Source: Kineococcus radiotolerans SRS30216 = ATCC BAA-149 | GTDB lineage: Bacteria; Actinomycetota; Actinomycetes; Actinomycetales; Kineococcaceae | NCBI RefSeq assembly: GCF_000017305.1 | Contig: NC_009664.2 | Span: 2,370,001-2,402,000, forward strand | Reading direction: 5' to 3' | Length of the DNA stretch: 32,000 nucleotides | Shown here: positions 1 through 8,241 of the stretch, piece after piece | How positions within the stretch are numbered: the first letter of the stretch is position 1 | Layout: the number at the start of each line of letters is the position of its first letter | Program-made: the position numbers and the translations under genes | Notes under the pieces: generated by a model | What the model was told of the DNA's origin: nothing | Databases searched by the model: none | The model's input: the letters and a program-made list of their open reading frames with translations, nothing else

Positions 1-55
1 ACCCGCGGTCCCCCGTTCGGCGCAGTCCCGCCCGACCGCGCGGCGGGGCGGGGCG

Positions 56-73
56 GGACCCCGCGCGGGGTCC
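56..73. terminator. Perfect 18-nt palindrome GGACCCCGCGCGGGGTCC followed by GGGGGGTTTGTG; possible terminator of the gene upstream of the window
   Basis: Read directly: its reverse complement equals itself. It can form a 7-bp GC stem with a GCGC loop, followed by a short T-containing tract, about 100 nt upstream of the first CDS. The upstream gene is not visible. Confidence 0.3.
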
Positions 74-173
74 TCCGGGGGGTTTGTGCCGGGGCCCGGG
101 GCGCGCCAGACTCATCGAGCGACCGGATCGCCTCAGAAGGTCCGGTGATGAGCCGCGGCGGGGGAGGTGAGCC

Positions 174-1877
174 GTGCACGAGCCACCGGCGGGGGTGGAC
201 CTCGCCCGGGCGGTCCTGTCCGCCGCGGTGGGGCTGGTGGTGACCGACCTGCGGGGGCGGGTGCTGGGCGTCGACGAGGCCTTCGCGGGGCTGCTGCGCC
301 GCCCGTCCGGCGAGGTCCTCGGGCGCGGGCTGGCCGAGGTGCTGTCCTCGGCCGAGGGCGCCCACGACGTCGAGGGCACGGTCGCGCGGCTGCTCGACGG
401 GGACCCCGCCGTGACCGGCGAGGTCCCGGTGCTGCGGGGCGACGGGGTCGTCTTCCGCGCCCGGACCCTCTCCTCGCTGGCCACCACGTCCGGGGGGGAC
501 GCGGTGGTGGTGCTGCACCTGCTGGACGCGCACCGCGAGCGGCCGCGCGCGCCCGGCGACCACGACCCCCTGACCCGCCTGCCCGGCCGCGCCGCGGCGG
601 TCACCGACCTCACCGCCCGGCTGCGCGCCGGGACCGGGCTGGTCGGCGTCCTGACCTGCGACCTCGACCGCTTCCGCGTCGTCAACGAGAGCCTGGGGCA
701 CGCCGTGGGCGACGAGGTCCTGCTCACCGTCGCCCGCCGCCTGCTGGCCGGGGTGCGCGGCGGGGACGTGGTGGCGCGCCTGGGCGACGACGAGTTCGCG
801 GTGGTGCTCGCCGGGCTCGCCGACGCCGGGGAGGCCGTCGACGTGGCGCACCGGCTCACCCGCGCCCTCGCCGCGCCCCTGGAGGTCCCCGGCCCCGCGG
901 GGCCGCAGGAGATCCGCTGCGCGGTGAGCACCGGGCTGGCCGTGGTCGACCTGGCGGCGCCCCTGCAGGGGGCCGGGCCCGGCGCGCCGGAGCTGGACGC
1001 GGCCACCCTGCTGCGCGACGCGAACACCGCCCTGGACGCGGCGAAGGCCGCGGGCGGCGGCTGCTGCCGGGTCTTCACCGACGCCATGCGCCGCCGCGCC
1101 GTCCGCCGCCTCACCGTCGAGAACGACCTGCGCCGCGCCCTGGAGCGCGGGGAGCTGCGGGTCCACTACCAGCCCGTGGTGCGGCTCGCGGACCGGCGGC
1201 GGACCGGGTTCGAGGCGCTGGTGCGGTGGGAGCACCCCGAGCGCGGGCTGCTGCTGCCCGAGGAGTTCCTCGACGTGGCCGAGGAGTGCGGCCTGGTGAC
1301 GGCCGTCGACGCCGCCGTCCTGGAGGAGGTGCTGGGCTTCCTCGCCCGCCACCCCGAGGGGCGGGTGTCGGTGAACACCTCCGCCCGCCGCCTGGACGGG
1401 ACGTTCGCGCCGGCCGTGGCCCACGGGCTGGCCCGGCACGGGCTCCCCCCGCAGCGCCTGGCCGTCGAGCTGCTCGAGACGTCCCTGGTCCCCGGCGACG
1501 CCGTCACCGAGCGCGAGCTGCACGACCTGGCCGACCTCGGCGTCGAGGTCCTCCTCGACGACTTCGGCACGGGCTACTCGGCGCTGTCCGACCTGCGCCG
1601 GCTGCCGGTGGGCGGGTTGAAGCTGGACCGCTCCTTCGTCGGCGACCTGCCCGCCGACGCGACCTCCGACCGCATCGCGGCCGCCGTGGTGGGCCTCGCC
1701 GTCGGCTTCGGGCTGTCCTCCACCTGCGAGGGCGTGGAGACCGCGGCCCAGGCCGCCCACCTGGCCGCGCAGGGGTGGCGCTCCGCCCAGGGCTCCCTCT
1801 TCGGGGCCCCCGCCCCCGAGGAGCACTGGTTCCCCAGCCCGGCGGTCCCCGCCGACGGGGTCCGGGCCTCGGCCTGA
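174..1877 (+). CDS. PAS-GGDEF-EAL c-di-GMP signalling protein (EAL motifs intact, GGDEF A-site degenerate)
   Basis: 567-aa ORF with GGAGG 6 nt upstream of the GTG start. N-terminal PAS-like segment. GGDEF domain with an RGGD I-site (756-767) five residues before an A-site reading GDDEF (783-797). EAL domain with EAL (1212-1220), DDFGTGYS, KLDRSF and EGVET motifs. High GC3. Confidence 0.9.
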   Translation: MHEPPAGVDLARAVLSAAVGLVVTDLRGRVLGVDEAFAGLLRRPSGEVLGRGLAEVLSSAEGAHDVEGTVARLLDGDPAVTGEVPVLRGDGVVFRARTLSSLATTSGGDAVVVLHLLDAHRERPRAPGDHDPLTRLPGRAAAVTDLTARLRAGTGLVGVLTCDLDRFRVVNESLGHAVGDEVLLTVARRLLAGVRGGDVVARLGDDEFAVVLAGLADAGEAVDVAHRLTRALAAPLEVPGPAGPQEIRCAVSTGLAVVDLAAPLQGAGPGAPELDAATLLRDANTALDAAKAAGGGCCRVFTDAMRRRAVRRLTVENDLRRALERGELRVHYQPVVRLADRRRTGFEALVRWEHPERGLLLPEEFLDVAEECGLVTAVDAAVLEEVLGFLARHPEGRVSVNTSARRLDGTFAPAVAHGLARHGLPPQRLAVELLETSLVPGDAVTERELHDLADLGVEVLLDDFGTGYSALSDLRRLPVGGLKLDRSFVGDLPADATSDRIAAAVVGLAVGFGLSSTCEGVETAAQAAHLAAQGWRSAQGSLFGAPAPEEHWFPSPAVPADGVRASA

Positions 1878-1893
1878 CCCGCGCCGGCCGCGG

Positions 1894-2499
1894 TCAGCGG
1901 CCCGCGGAGCGCCGGCGCCCCTCCCGCGACCCGGCGTACCCGGGTTCGCGCACCCGCTGCCACCACGGCGGGATCGCCAGCCCGGGGACGGCGTGCAGGA
2001 CCGGCTCGAAGGTGAGGGTCCGGTCCGGCGCCCGGGCCGGGTCCCGGTCCAGGTGCAGCGCGGCGAACACCCGCCAGGGACCGCGCGGGGCGGCGACGGC
2101 CAGCAGGTAGCCCCCCTCGTGCGAGCGGGCCCCCACCAGCAGCGGGCCGCAGGGCGCGGCGAAGGCCGCGATGCTGGAGTGCAGGACCCCCTCCGCCCGG
2201 CGCCGGGGCCAGGGGACGCGCCGGCCGAGGGTGGTGGCGAGCAGCAGGTCCCACGGGTCGCCGTCGGGGGAGGTGGTCCGCAGGGCGATCCCGTGCACGT
2301 CGGGCAGCGGTTCGGGCAACCCCCCGCCGCGGGAGAACCGCACCAGCACCTCGTCGACGCCGGGTTCGTCGATCCAGGGGACCCCCGTGGCGCGGCGCAG
2401 CCCGGAACGGACGAGCGTGCCCTCGACGACGGCGCCGCGCGGGTGCAGGGCCTTGGCCGAGCGCAGCGCGGCCACGGTGCGGAACAGTCCGGCGATCAC
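1894..2499 (-). CDS. Small catalase-core-like protein, function unknown
   Basis: 201-aa ORF with a GTG start and uniformly high GC3. ALHPRGAVVEG ... VLVRFSRGGG ... DVHGIALR parallels the catalase VHAKGAGA ... VRFS ... RGFA(L/V)K core pattern, but the protein is only about 200 aa. The family assignment is from memory. Confidence 0.5.
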   Translation of the reverse strand: MIAGLFRTVAALRSAKALHPRGAVVEGTLVRSGLRRATGVPWIDEPGVDEVLVRFSRGGGLPEPLPDVHGIALRTTSPDGDPWDLLLATTLGRRVPWPRRRAEGVLHSSIAAFAAPCGPLLVGARSHEGGYLLAVAAPRGPWRVFAALHLDRDPARAPDRTLTFEPVLHAVPGLAIPPWWQRVREPGYAGSREGRRRSAGR

Positions 2500-2585
2500 C
2501 CCCGGAGTCTCGCCCCGGCGGGGGAGTGGCGCACGCCACGACGCCGCGGGGACGGGGCCGCGCCCGCCCGGCGTTGTACCCGGTG

Positions 2586-3668
2586 ATGCTCACCGACGCC
2601 CCCGCGAAGCCCGTCCTCTGGACCCCCCGCCACGTCCTCGTCACCGCGTCCGCGCAGGCCGAACCCCACGGCCGCGCCATCCTCGACCGCCTCGCCGCCG
2701 CCGGCGTCGAGGACGTCACCCTGCTGAGCGGGGACCGCCTCCCGCCGCTGCGCGGGGACGACGACCGCGCCACCTACGCCCGCGCCAAGAAGACGCTCGC
2801 CGTCGTCACCAGCGCCGCGTCCAAGCGCCGGCCCACGCCGATCCCGCCGAGCGCGGACTTCTCCTTCCCCCTCGCCGAGGGCTGCCCGGGGCACTGCCAG
2901 TACTGCTACCTGGCGGGGTCGCTGTCCGGGCCGCCGATCACCCGCGTCTACGCCGACCTGCCCCGGATCCTCGCCGGCCTCGACGAGGTCGTCGGCACCG
3001 GCGGGGTCACCTCGGGCACGCAGGCCCGCGGGCACGAGGGGACGACGTTCGAGGCGTCCTGCTACACCGACCCCCTCGCCCTGGAGCACGTCACGGGGTC
3101 GCTGGCCGCGACGGTCACCCACTTCGGCACCCACGAGTGGCCGGGCCCGGTGCAGCTGCGGCTGACGACGAAGTACGACGACGTCGAGGGCCTGCTGGAC
3201 CTGCCCCACCACGGCCGCACCCGGATCCGCGCCTCGGTGAACGTCGCCGACGTGGAGCGCTTCGAGGGCGGCACGGCGCGCGTCCGTTCCCGCCTGCACG
3301 CCCTGGGCCGCCTGGCCCGCGCCGGGTACCCGGTGGGGCTGACCATCGCCCCGATCATGCCGGTGGAGGACTGGGCCGCGCGCTACGGCGAGCTCCTCGA
3401 CGCCGCCGCGGCGGAGCTGCCTGCCGACGCGGACCTGACGGTGGAGTGCATCACCCACCGCTTCACGCCCAAGAGCAAGGACGTCCAGCTCGGCTGGTAC
3501 CCGCGGACCAAGCTGGACCTGGAGGAGTCCACCCGCACCCGCAAGCACGGGAAGTTCGGCGCGGTGAAGTACGTCTACGACCGCGACACGATGCGCGAGC
3601 TGCGGACGTGGTTCGAGGCGGCGCTCCCGCAGCGGCTGCCGGCGGCCCGGTTCCTGTACTGGACCTGA
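2586..3668 (+). CDS. Spore photoproduct lyase family radical SAM protein
   Basis: CPGHCQYCY radical-SAM CX3CX2C motif (2883-2906) with both flanking Tyr. FEASCYTDP (Cys at 3060-3062) aligns with the SPL H-atom donor Cys region. LRLTTKYDDVEGLLD..HHGRTRIRASVN, ITHRFTPKSK, TKLDLEES..RKHGKFGAVKYVY and a terminal YWT all parallel Bacillus SplB as I remember it. ATG 2586 is chosen by N-terminal alignment; GTG 2526 is the alternative. Confidence 0.88.
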   Translation: MLTDAPAKPVLWTPRHVLVTASAQAEPHGRAILDRLAAAGVEDVTLLSGDRLPPLRGDDDRATYARAKKTLAVVTSAASKRRPTPIPPSADFSFPLAEGCPGHCQYCYLAGSLSGPPITRVYADLPRILAGLDEVVGTGGVTSGTQARGHEGTTFEASCYTDPLALEHVTGSLAATVTHFGTHEWPGPVQLRLTTKYDDVEGLLDLPHHGRTRIRASVNVADVERFEGGTARVRSRLHALGRLARAGYPVGLTIAPIMPVEDWAARYGELLDAAAAELPADADLTVECITHRFTPKSKDVQLGWYPRTKLDLEESTRTRKHGKFGAVKYVYDRDTMRELRTWFEAALPQRLPAARFLYWT

Positions 3669-3721
3669 CCCGGCCCCCGACCGGGTGCCGGGTGCCGTCC
3701 CGCGCGGCGCTCGGCGTCCAG

Positions 3722-4690
3722 TCAGACGGAGAGGACGAGCTTGCCGCGCACCGACCCCGCGCACAGCAGGGCGAGGGCTTCCGGGGCCGAGGCGAGCGGG
3801 AGCACCCGGTCCACCGCCGGGACGAGGCGGCCGGAGTCGACGAGCCCGGCGAGGACCGCGAGGTCGGCGGCGTTCTCCCGGGCCACGAACGTGCCGAGCC
3901 GGTGGCGCACGAAGGGGGAGAGCAGGGTCGCGCCGAGCTGGCGCTGCACCCCGCCCAGCACGCGCCCGCCGGTCTCCCCGCCGACGATCACGAGGGTCCC
4001 GGTGGGGGTGAGCGCCCGGCGCAGCCGGGAGACGGGGGTGCCGCCGCCGGTGTCGAGGACGACGTCGTAGCGGCGCTCCGGCAGGGCGTCCGCGGTGCGG
4101 TCGAGGACGGTGTCGGCTCCGAGGGAGCGGACGAAGTCGAGCTTCCCCGGGCTGGTGAGCCCGGTGACGACGGCGCCGGAGGACCGGGCGATCTGGACGG
4201 CGAAGGAGCCGACGCCGCCGCCGGCGCCGATCACGAGGACCTGCTGCCCGGGCCGGACGCGGCCGTGGTCGCGGACCGCCTGCAGCGCGGTCGTGCCCGA
4301 CACGGGCACCGCGGCGGCCTGCTCGAAGCTCGCCGTCGCGGGTCGCGGGGCCAGCTTCCCCTCGTCGGCCCGGGCGTACTCGGCGAAGGTGCCGTGGCCG
4401 GTCCCGTACACCTCGTCGCCGACGCGGAAGCGCCGCACGCCGTCGCCGAGGGCCACGACCGTACCGGCGAGGTCGCCGCCGACGACGGGGTTGCGCGGGG
4501 CGCGGAGGCCGTACCCGGCGAGCCGCAGCGGGTGGGGCAGGCCCGTGACGAGGTGGACCACGCCCCGGTCGACGCCGGCGGCGCGCACCTGCACGAGCAC
4601 CTCGCCCGGCCCGGGGCGCGGGCGGTCGACCCGTTCGCAGCGCAGGACGTCGGCCGTCGCGCCGTAGCGGTGGCGCACCAGGGCGCGCAT
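3722..4690 (-). CDS. MDR-superfamily NAD(P)H:quinone oxidoreductase / zinc-type alcohol dehydrogenase-like protein
   Basis: MRALV..GPGEVLVQVRAAGV N-terminus, Rossmann motif VIGAGGGVGSFAVQIA, and a C-terminal GKLVLSV-type ending typical of quinone oxidoreductases. Alternative GTG start at 4738. Confidence 0.88.
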   Translation of the reverse strand: MRALVRHRYGATADVLRCERVDRPRPGPGEVLVQVRAAGVDRGVVHLVTGLPHPLRLAGYGLRAPRNPVVGGDLAGTVVALGDGVRRFRVGDEVYGTGHGTFAEYARADEGKLAPRPATASFEQAAAVPVSGTTALQAVRDHGRVRPGQQVLVIGAGGGVGSFAVQIARSSGAVVTGLTSPGKLDFVRSLGADTVLDRTADALPERRYDVVLDTGGGTPVSRLRRALTPTGTLVIVGGETGGRVLGGVQRQLGATLLSPFVRHRLGTFVARENAADLAVLAGLVDSGRLVPAVDRVLPLASAPEALALLCAGSVRGKLVLSV

Positions 4691-4792
4691 CCCCGTCGTC
4701 GTCCCCCGGGGTGCCCGGGCGTGCTGCTCAGTGGTCACGGGGGCCCCTCGGGAGTTCCGGCTTACGGTGTAACCCAGTTGTACGCTCGTGAC

Positions 4793-5584
4793 GTGAGCCG
4801 GTCAAGGCACCCAGGGGCGGGAGCGGGGACGGGAGCGGCCGGGGACGAGGGGCGCACCCGGCCGCGGCTGAGCCGCAGCCAGGTCGTGCGGGCCGCCGTG
4901 GCGCTGGCGGACGAGTCGGGCCTCGAGGCGCTCTCGATGCGCAAGCTCGGCGAGCGGCTCGGCGTGGAGGCCATGTCGCTGTACAAGCACGTGGCCAACA
5001 AGGACGACCTGCTCGACGGGATGGTCGACGCCGTGTTCGCCGAGTTCGGCTCCCCCGTCGGCGGCGACGGGGACGACGGCGACGACGGGGACTGGCGGGA
5101 CGTGGTGCGCCGGCGCGCGGTCTCCGTGCGCACCGTCCTCGCCCGGCACCCGTGGGCGGCGCCGGTGGTGCAGTCGCGAGCGCACCCGGGACCGACCGCG
5201 CTCGCCCACCTGGACGCGCTCATCGGGGTCCTGCGCGGCGCGGGGTTCCCGGTCCCGCTCACGGCGCACGCCCTGTCGGTCGTCGACGCCTACGTCCACG
5301 GCTTCGCGGTGCAGGAGAGGGCGCTGCCCTTCGACACCGAGGAGCGCAGCACCGAGGTGGCGCAGCGGATCCTGGCGGCGGTGCCGCCCGGCGAGCACCC
5401 CCACTTCGTGGAGTTCTCGCGCGAGCACGTCCTGCGCCCCGGCTACGACCACGGCGGGGAGTTCGAGTGGGGGCTCGACCTGGTGCTCGACGGGCTCGAA
5501 CGGGCCTTCGCGAGCACCCGCGGCGCCGGGTCGCCGGGTGGTCCCGCCGCCGGTGGCGAGCACGACGGCCCGCGAGGGGGGTGA
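4793..5584 (+). CDS. TetR/AcrR family transcriptional regulator
   Basis: HTH segment LSMRKLGERLGVEAMSLYKHVANKDDLLDGM and a tetracycline-repressor-like C-terminal domain. It is the only coding part of the 1137-aa track ORF 2171..5584. Divergent from the oxidoreductase. Confidence 0.88.
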   Translation: MSRSRHPGAGAGTGAAGDEGRTRPRLSRSQVVRAAVALADESGLEALSMRKLGERLGVEAMSLYKHVANKDDLLDGMVDAVFAEFGSPVGGDGDDGDDGDWRDVVRRRAVSVRTVLARHPWAAPVVQSRAHPGPTALAHLDALIGVLRGAGFPVPLTAHALSVVDAYVHGFAVQERALPFDTEERSTEVAQRILAAVPPGEHPHFVEFSREHVLRPGYDHGGEFEWGLDLVLDGLERAFASTRGAGSPGGPAAGGEHDGPRGG

Positions 5585-5601
5585 GGTGCCCGGCGGGGTG
5601 C

Positions 5602-5979
5602 TCAGCCGTTCCAGTCGACGAGCTGGAGGACCACCCCGTTGGGGTCGCGGACCTGGAAGGCGCGCTCGCCCCACTCCTCGACGGTCAGCGGCATGGTGAT
5701 CTCGACGCCCTCCGCCCGCAGCCGGGCCAGTTCCCCCTCCAGGTCGTCGACGACGAAGGCGACGATCTGCCCGCGGGCGAGCTCGTCGCGCTGGTCGGCG
5801 GGCAGGGTCGCGAGCCCCCGGCGCAGGTAGACCAGGTGCATCCCGGCGTCGGGCCGGCTGAGGCCGGCGTAGCCGTCGGCGGCGCCGTCGAGGGTGAAGC
5901 CGAAGTGCTCGACGAGGAAGGCGGCGGACGCCTCGACGTCCTCGACGTTCAGGGACAGGGCGCTGGCGGTGATGTTCAC
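5602..5979 (-). CDS. VOC / glyoxalase-bleomycin resistance family protein
   Basis: 125-aa ORF with GAGGAG 7 nt upstream of the GTG start. Ends with FQVRDPNGVVLQLVDW, typical of the glyoxalase/VOC fold. Confidence 0.85.
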   Translation of the reverse strand: MNITASALSLNVEDVEASAAFLVEHFGFTLDGAADGYAGLSRPDAGMHLVYLRRGLATLPADQRDELARGQIVAFVVDDLEGELARLRAEGVEITMPLTVEEWGERAFQVRDPNGVVLQLVDWNG

Positions 5980-6012
5980 GGGGGGGCTCCTCGCCGTCGA
6001 TGCCGTTACTCC

Positions 6013-6023
6013 GTACGCCGTAC
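6013..6023. promoter_or_regulatory. GTACG-C-CGTAC palindrome in the VOC/TetR divergent region (candidate TetR operator)
   Basis: Seen directly; it is also a CCGTAC direct doublet. It lies between the divergent starts at 5979 and 6093. It is short and only weakly significant on its own. Confidence 0.3.
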
Positions 6024-6092
6024 AACGTGGAGGGGGGTGGGAGTGTTCCCGGCGCGGTGCTCCCGCTCCCGGGGACCGGCGAGGATGCCCCG

Positions 6093-6869
6093 GTGAGCCC
6101 CGACCGCGTCAACGCCGGCGACCCGGCCCGGACCCTCGCCCTGCTGTGGCGCGACCCCGCCGCCGTGCCCACCAGGGGACCGCGCCGCACCCACGACCTC
6201 GACGCCGTCGTCGCGGCCGCGCTCGCCCTCGCCGACGAGCAGGGCCTGCCCGCGCTGACCACCCGCCGGGTCGCCGAGCGCCTCGGGATCTCGACCATGT
6301 CGCTCTACACCTACGTCGCCGACCGCGCCGAGCTGCTCGACCTCATGCTCGACGCGGCCTACCTGGGCATGGACCGCACCGACACCACCGGCCGCCCCTG
6401 GCGCGAGCGGCTGGCCGCCGTCGCCACCGAGAACCGCGGCCTCTACGAGGCGCACCCCTGGGCCGCCGAGGTGTCCACCGCGCGGCCCTCCCTCGGCCCC
6501 GGCCAGACCGCCAAGTACGAGCACGAGCTCGCCGCCCTCGACGACGCGGGCGGCGAGGGGGGCCTCGACGACGTGACCCGCGACGCCTGCCTGACCCACC
6601 TGCTCGTCTTCGTCCGCGCCTGCGCCCGCGACGCCGCCGACGCCCGGGCCACCGCCGCGGAGTCCGGCAGCGACCGGGAGTGGTGGAGCTCGGTGGCACC
6701 CCTGCTGACGCGGGTGCTGGACCCGGTCCGCTACCCGCGCGCCGTCCGGGTCGGCGCGGCGGCCGGGGAGGCGGCCGGCAGCGCCCACGACCCCGACCGC
6801 GCCTACGCCTTCGGCCTCGACCGCCTCCTCGACGGCCTCGCCCCGCTGCTGGACGCCCCGCTCAGCTGA
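6093..6869 (+). CDS. TetR family transcriptional regulator
   Basis: HTH segment LTTRRVAERLGISTMSLYTYVADRAELLDLM. GTG 6093 has GAGGA 7 nt upstream. The track start ATG 6000 has no SD and would leave only 20 bp to the divergent gene. Confidence 0.85.
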   Translation: MSPDRVNAGDPARTLALLWRDPAAVPTRGPRRTHDLDAVVAAALALADEQGLPALTTRRVAERLGISTMSLYTYVADRAELLDLMLDAAYLGMDRTDTTGRPWRERLAAVATENRGLYEAHPWAAEVSTARPSLGPGQTAKYEHELAALDDAGGEGGLDDVTRDACLTHLLVFVRACARDAADARATAAESGSDREWWSSVAPLLTRVLDPVRYPRAVRVGAAAGEAAGSAHDPDRAYAFGLDRLLDGLAPLLDAPLS

Positions 6870-6881
6870 CCCGTCCCGCCC

Positions 6882-8138
6882 TCAGCGCGGGAAGTCGGAC
6901 TTGCGGATCGTGGCGTGCACCCCGACGGTCCGGTCCACGACCTGCGAGACGTGGAAGTCCGTCGCCGCGCTCAGGTACGCGTAGGCCACCGGTCCGGGCA
7001 CGCCGAGGTCGGTGGTGAGGAAGTCCAGCGCGTGGCGCACGGCGTCGCGCATCGCCACCCCGAGGTCGGTGCCCTGCGCCCCGCCCCCGGGTCCGTCGGG
7101 GTCGCTGAGGCCCACGGGGATCCAGTGCTCGGGGGTCTCGGCGAAGGGGGTCCGGGCGGTCTGCTGCGGGGCGCCGCCCTCGCCGGGGCGCACCACGGTC
7201 AGGCGCACGGTCGCGCGCAGCGACCCCTCCATCGCGGTCAGCGCGACCTCGCCGTCGCCCTGGGCCATGTGCGGGTCGCCCACGAAGAACATCGCGCCCG
7301 GCACCCGCACCGGCAGGTAGAGGGTCGAGCCCACCACGAGGTCCTTGATGTCGATGTTCCCGCCGGCGTCGGTGGGCGGCACCGAGTCGACCAGCGCCGA
7401 GGTGTCGCGCGCGACGCCCATCGTGCCCAGGAACGGCGCCAGCGGGAACCGCACCGGCACCGGGCCGGGCAGGGCGCCCACCAGGTCCCCGCCGCTGGTG
7501 GCGACGGAGGTGAACACGCTCACGTTCCCCCCGACGTTGAAGTACTCCGCCAGCGCCGGGTCGCCCTCCCACCGCTCGGGCAGCTCCCCGGGCAGCGCGC
7601 CTTTGCCGTGGCGGTTGGAGATCACCCCGTAGGGCACCCGCAGGGCGAGGTCGAGCACCTCGACCTTCAGCACGTCGCCGGGCAGCGCCCCCGTGACGGC
7701 CACGGGGCGGTTCACCACGTGCGGGCCGGGACCGTCGTGGGGGGTGGAGGCGGCGATGGCCGCCGCGTCGTCGAGGACGTCGCGCGGGGCGACGCCGAAA
7801 CCCGAGAAGTACCCGCGGGGGTCCTTGCCCTGGTCCTCCAGGATCCCCTCGTGCGACACGGTGTCGAGGGTCACCACGGCACCGGAGGCGACGACCACCG
7901 ACGGCTCGGTGTCGCGGTTGGGCAGCCGGCCCCAGAGGACGTTGCCGGGGACGGAGGGCACGTAGACGCCGCGGCGGGGTCCGCGACCGGGCTGCAGGAC
8001 GCCGGGCTGCAGGACGCGGACGGGACGGTGGGCCGCGGCGGAGGTCGCCGTCGCGGTCAGCGCGCCGAGGCCGGCGCTGACCCCCGCGGCGGCGCGGAGC
8101 AGGGACCGGCGGGCGGGGGGGAGGGGGTGCGGAGCCAT
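6882..8138 (-). CDS. Acetamidase/formamidase (FmdA/AmdA) family amidase with twin-arginine signal peptide
   Basis: Family motifs VVTLDTVSHEG, PGDVLKVEVLDL, GGNIDIKDL..GSTLYLPV, FFVGDPHMAQGDGEV. ATG 8138 is chosen because the 30 codons upstream (to 8228) drop to about 70% GC3. Confidence 0.88.
   Translation of the reverse strand: MAPHPLPPARRSLLRAAAGVSAGLGALTATATSAAAHRPVRVLQPGVLQPGRGPRRGVYVPSVPGNVLWGRLPNRDTEPSVVVASGAVVTLDTVSHEGILEDQGKDPRGYFSGFGVAPRDVLDDAAAIAASTPHDGPGPHVVNRPVAVTGALPGDVLKVEVLDLALRVPYGVISNRHGKGALPGELPERWEGDPALAEYFNVGGNVSVFTSVATSGGDLVGALPGPVPVRFPLAPFLGTMGVARDTSALVDSVPPTDAGGNIDIKDLVVGSTLYLPVRVPGAMFFVGDPHMAQGDGEVALTAMEGSLRATVRLTVVRPGEGGAPQQTARTPFAETPEHWIPVGLSDPDGPGGGAQGTDLGVAMRDAVRHALDFLTTDLGVPGPVAYAYLSAATDFHVSQVVDRTVGVHATIRKSDFPR
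8031..8138 (-). other. Predicted Tat signal peptide of the amidase
   Basis: MAPHPLPPARRSLLRAAAGVSAGLGALTATATSAAA|HRP: an RR-S-L-L twin-arginine motif, an Ala/Gly-rich h-region and an AxA-type cleavage site. Confidence 0.6.
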
Positions 8139-8241
8139 GGGCGCAGCAGAGCAGCCTCCCGTGAACCCGCTGTGTCCCCGCTGTTTCGCCGATGTTGCGC
8201 CTGCGGCGCCCGGTCCGACGTCGACCACCGTGCAGCCCCCG

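Noticed and set aside
2171-5584. 1137-aa ORF, one of the longest in the track
   Set aside because: Only its last 264 codons (4793-5584, the TetR regulator) look like protein. The rest is Arg/Pro/Gly/Ala low-complexity sequence lying out of frame or antisense to the SPL and oxidoreductase genes, which have clear family motifs. It is a typical stop-free shadow frame of a high-GC3 genome.
6000-6092. ATG 6000 as start of the second TetR
   Set aside because: It has no SD and would leave 20 bp to the divergent VOC gene, putting the GTACGcCGTAC palindrome inside the coding sequence. GTG 6093 has GAGGA at 7 nt.
6882-8138. FmdA-family amidase as the missing cytoplasmic N-formylglutamate amidohydrolase of the hut pathway
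   Set aside because: The predicted Tat signal peptide places it outside the cytoplasm, and it is on the far side of the regulator on the opposite strand. It is kept only as a question under findings.
8166-8184. CCCGCTGT direct repeat with 11-bp spacing upstream of the amidase gene
   Set aside because: By my rough estimate a few 8-mer repeats at short range are expected by chance in the intergenic DNA of this window, and there is no supporting context.
8139-8228. N-terminal 30-codon extension of the amidase (track start 8228)
   Set aside because: About 9 of 30 codons end in A/T, versus almost none in the rest of the gene. ATG 8138 places the twin-arginine motif at a normal distance from the N-terminus.
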